Source of the DNA: Candidatus Baldrarchaeum yapensis | GTDB taxonomy: Archaea; Asgardarchaeota; Baldrarchaeia; Baldrarchaeales; Baldrarchaeaceae | Direction: 5' to 3' | Assembly: GCA_016840465.1 (NCBI GenBank) | Contig: JAEOSH010000002.1 | Location: forward strand, 1 to 32,000 | Length of the DNA: 32,000 nt | In this document: one piece after another, positions 29,311 to 32,000 of the stretch | How the letters are laid out: each line of letters opens with the position of its first letter | Position numbering within the stretch: position 1 is the stretch's first letter | Position numbers and translations under genes: made by a program | Notes under the pieces: generated by a model | Told to the model about the DNA's origin: nothing | The model's database searches: none | The model's input: only the letters and a program-made list of their open reading frames with translations

Positions 29311-32000
29311 ATCTGCAAGTTTAAGGACCTCATCTATGGCCTCTCTATGCTCAGGTGTGAGCATCGATGAAACTGCGGGTTTAACTTTGCGAATTTTTTC
29401 ATACGATTCTTTTATCGATATTTCACTCACAAGCCGGCCACCGCACATGCATCTCTGTGTTAAAGTTGGGCGAGAGTAGCTTCGGCCGCATTTTTCACAA
29501 GAATATTTTACTGAAATGAGTTCCCTCATACCGCTCAAAATTGCCCTTAAAATTGCGTTATAAATGGCCTCCTCACTTATTTGGCTGAAGCACTTTGGAC
29601 AGAAGCGACCTTTAAGCTTCAAGATATCCAACGTTGTATTGCACCTCTCACATACGACTTGAATATTGTCATCAAATATCATTTCCATCGAAGATCTTAC
29701 TGACATAACACCACTATTACCATTAGTCTCGAGGAAACTCTGCAGTGTGACACCTACATTAACATTGAGCAGTTCCTTCTTGGAAATTCCTAACGGTTTA
29801 AAGAGCCGTTCAGCAGGTTGAAGCAATTGCTTTTCCAAATAATATTCATCATCAATTTCCAAGCCATTTTCCATGACATATTCTGGATCTTCTGCCCGCT
29901 CAGCTATCGACCCTTTACCTTTTACTATTACAAATGCTATGCGTTCACCGACGCTAGGCGCCATCTTACCCTGTCTCTTACGCAGTTTTTCCGCTAAAAC
30001 GACATGTGGTTGTTTTGCCTTATATTCTTTAGGCAGCTTCGAAAGAGATCTTGTTAATATAAGTTTTTCCAGCGGTATCTTGCCCTCCTTTAAGTCTTTA
30101 ACTACTGTTCTGAAATAGTTAACAGCCTTTTCGACGTTATTCTCTCTGAGAAGAATGTCAAGTATCGTTTCCATAACTTCACTAACAAGATCACACCATT
30201 CTCTCCTTACAGTCTCTATACCCTTCATGTCAATTACGTCCTCATGCCACTTACCATCATCTCCTCTTGTAACCCTTAAGCCGGCATACCGCTTCTTACT
30301 CAATATTAGGAACGATTTGTAGATTTTTTCGAACTCTAACAGAAGCGGCTCAGGCAACAATCTGGATATTTCGATCGATATTTTTCTTCCTATTTCCTCA
30401 GCTTCGTCGAAATTCCTCGTCTTGATCCTCACCATAATGCTATCAGTATCTCCATATATCACCTCATATCCATAGGTCTCTTCGACTTTCTGCTTCGTAA
30501 ACTCAATGGTTTGTCTGCCAAAACCAGTAATCGCATTTGCAACATCCAAGGAATATATACGGGCCTTTAAATACCCCGTATAACCGTAAAAGCTGTTCAT
30601 CATTATTTTTATCGCAAGTTGCCGAGCATCGAGTTGCCGATATCTTTCAGGATCCTTCTCCTCCTTCATCATTTTCTTAACCTTAACACGAAACTCCATC
30701 AACTCCCTAAGTATTTCGGGCATTAAACCTTCTCTTACCTCCTTAGATACAAACTTTGCCCCTGTTGGTGCAGTTATATGCGATACTTCACTATCTCCAT
30801 CTTCTAGTAGCAACGTGGTAAAACAAATATTGTAAGCGATAATTATCGACGGATACAGACTTCTGAAGTCTAAAACAAGAATTTTATCATCGCCAGAATA
30901 TATTCCAACCTTTGGTTCAAGTACTGTTGCACCCTTTAGTTCCTTTTTCTCTCGCTCTTTCCTCCGTCTCTCGATCTCCTGATCATCGGGTTTGCACGGA
31001 AGTATTATATCTCTTTTCTTTCCGTAACGAAGAAGTAAACTTTCCACCTTTGCTGATTGCCCGCCATAAATGACATCTTGAGGTAATAATCCGCACACGC
31101 GCGACAATTCCAAATATTTATCAAGTAATCGCTTCTCTAAGAGTATCTTCAGGGGAAGTATAGCATCCTTCCGTGCGTATTCTATTAACTTCTTTATCTC
31201 GTTTGAGTTCCCGTTCCAAAGCTTGGGAATATCCTTATAATCCAACTCGACCTTCTTCTCATTAATTAGCTTCTCGGCAACGTGATCAAGCGTATAGCGC
31301 TTCAAATGGAACTCCGATTTTACAAGTTCCTGAACATCCGCAACTATCCTTCCAGGAATTAAAATTCTCGTTTCCCTTTCACCTTTCTTCAACTGAACTC
31401 CTTTATCCAAAACTCGACCCATCTTTGATGGTATATTATACTCTTTTAACCTCCTCAGCAAATACGGTAGGTCAAAATTCAAAATGTTATACCCTGTTAT
31501 GAGATCCGGATCGTATGCATCAATGATTTCAAGAAACCTCCTTAACATCTCCTCCTCTCCATTAAAACACTCTATGTTGTCTATCTTCGCATTCACTGGC
31601 CTTGATACCAGTACTAGTGTATCCTTCCCATCAAATGAGGGGTAGAAGGCTATGCTTATGATTATTATCGGGTCTTTTGACGGATCCGGTAATAACTTAT
31701 CGTTCGACGGTAAACACTCTATGTCGAAGCTCATCATCTTGAGTTCAACCTTTGGCGCTACCTCATCCTCGACAACACGAACTTCATGTGCTTTCATCTC
31801 CATACTTGTCTTTCCTAGTGAAGTTTTTATGACCTCACCTTTCACTCTGAGCAAAGAATACCCGTAAATTCCATTATCTATCATATACCTGTATCTAAAC
31901 GGTATATCCGCCTCAAAAACCTCAATAACTCCTTCCATTTTCCTAACTTTATCCCTAATCTCCTTAACTTGAGTCGGAACCCTAACCTCGACCCTTAAAA
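29278..32000 (-). CDS. polB: Family B DNA polymerase, Pol delta-like core with Cys-rich C-terminal domain (N-terminus beyond the window edge)
   Basis: Exo I SFDIEC, Exo II GYNILNFDLPY, Exo III YARKDA, LDFRSLYPSII, KIMMNSFYGY, YGDTDS, KKRYAG, KGIETVRR. The frame stays open from 31938 to the edge (LRVEVRVPTQVKEIRDKVRK). Confidence 0.97.
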   Translation of the reverse strand, partial: LRVEVRVPTQVKEIRDKVRKMEGVIEVFEADIPFRYRYMIDNGIYGYSLLRVKGEVIKTSLGKTSMEMKAHEVRVVEDEVAPKVELKMMSFDIECLPSNDKLLPDPSKDPIIIISIAFYPSFDGKDTLVLVSRPVNAKIDNIECFNGEEEMLRRFLEIIDAYDPDLITGYNILNFDLPYLLRRLKEYNIPSKMGRVLDKGVQLKKGERETRILIPGRIVADVQELVKSEFHLKRYTLDHVAEKLINEKKVELDYKDIPKLWNGNSNEIKKLIEYARKDAILPLKILLEKRLLDKYLELSRVCGLLPQDVIYGGQSAKVESLLLRYGKKRDIILPCKPDDQEIERRRKEREKKELKGATVLEPKVGIYSGDDKILVLDFRSLYPSIIIAYNICFTTLLLEDGDSEVSHITAPTGAKFVSKEVREGLMPEILRELMEFRVKVKKMMKEEKDPERYRQLDARQLAIKIMMNSFYGYTGYLKARIYSLDVANAITGFGRQTIEFTKQKVEETYGYEVIYGDTDSIMVRIKTRNFDEAEEIGRKISIEISRLLPEPLLLEFEKIYKSFLILSKKRYAGLRVTRGDDGKWHEDVIDMKGIETVRREWCDLVSEVMETILDILLRENNVEKAVNYFRTVVKDLKEGKIPLEKLILTRSLSKLPKEYKAKQPHVVLAEKLRKRQGKMAPSVGERIAFVIVKGKGSIAERAEDPEYVMENGLEIDDEYYLEKQLLQPAERLFKPLGISKKELLNVNVGVTLQSFLETNGNSGVMSVRSSMEMIFDDNIQVVCERCNTTLDILKLKGRFCPKCFSQISEEAIYNAILRAILSGMRELISVKYSCEKCGRSYSRPTLTQRCMCGGRLVSEISIKESYEKIRKVKPAVSSMLTPEHREAIDEVLKLADLIVAPKSSSS

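Noticed and set aside
7829-32000. Inteins in Cdc6, RfcS, Lhr or PolB
   Set aside because: Protein lengths are normal, conserved motifs are contiguous at the usual insertion sites, and no C/S...HN intein boundaries or LAGLIDADG motifs appear.
1-32000. CRISPR array, rRNA genes, and the many 60-160 aa antisense ORFs in the track
   Set aside because: No regularly spaced direct repeats or rRNA signatures were seen. The small ORFs overlap well-supported genes on the opposite strand or in another frame and lack motifs.

Overview
Archaeal chromosomal window, mostly housekeeping genes, about 40% GC by eye. It contains tRNA-Glu(CTC), metK, signal peptidase I, a minus-strand run (MEMO1, mobA, hypD, ard1, MBL hydrolase, pyrE), cdc6-wHTH-truA, rfcL/rfcS, archease, tRNA-Ser(TGA), SPOUT MTase-rpl3-rpl4-rpl23-rpl2, cdrS-ftsZ, a decayed ISH3-like IS with TIRs and a 6-bp TSD, rpoG and SmAP3, a divergent TFB with a type IV pilus ATPase and a tiny pilin, a COG2509-type oxidoreductase, a metallophosphoesterase, Lhr, and a family B DNA polymerase that runs off the right edge. 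FtsZ/CdrS together with RpoG, SmAP3 and a eukaryote-like PolB suggests an Asgard-type or related host (inference). Two observations stand out. (1) hypD carries a 24-nt hairpin insert with an in-frame TGA inside its CGTHE motif. The insert folds into an imperfect bulge-helix-bulge whose predicted cut sites restore the motif exactly, making it a candidate mRNA intron. (2) The PolB has a Pol delta-like catalytic core fused to a two-module Cys-rich C-terminal domain resembling the Pol alpha/epsilon CTD and the PolD DP2 zinc finger. All family assignments come from motif recognition by eye; no database searches or folding programs were run.
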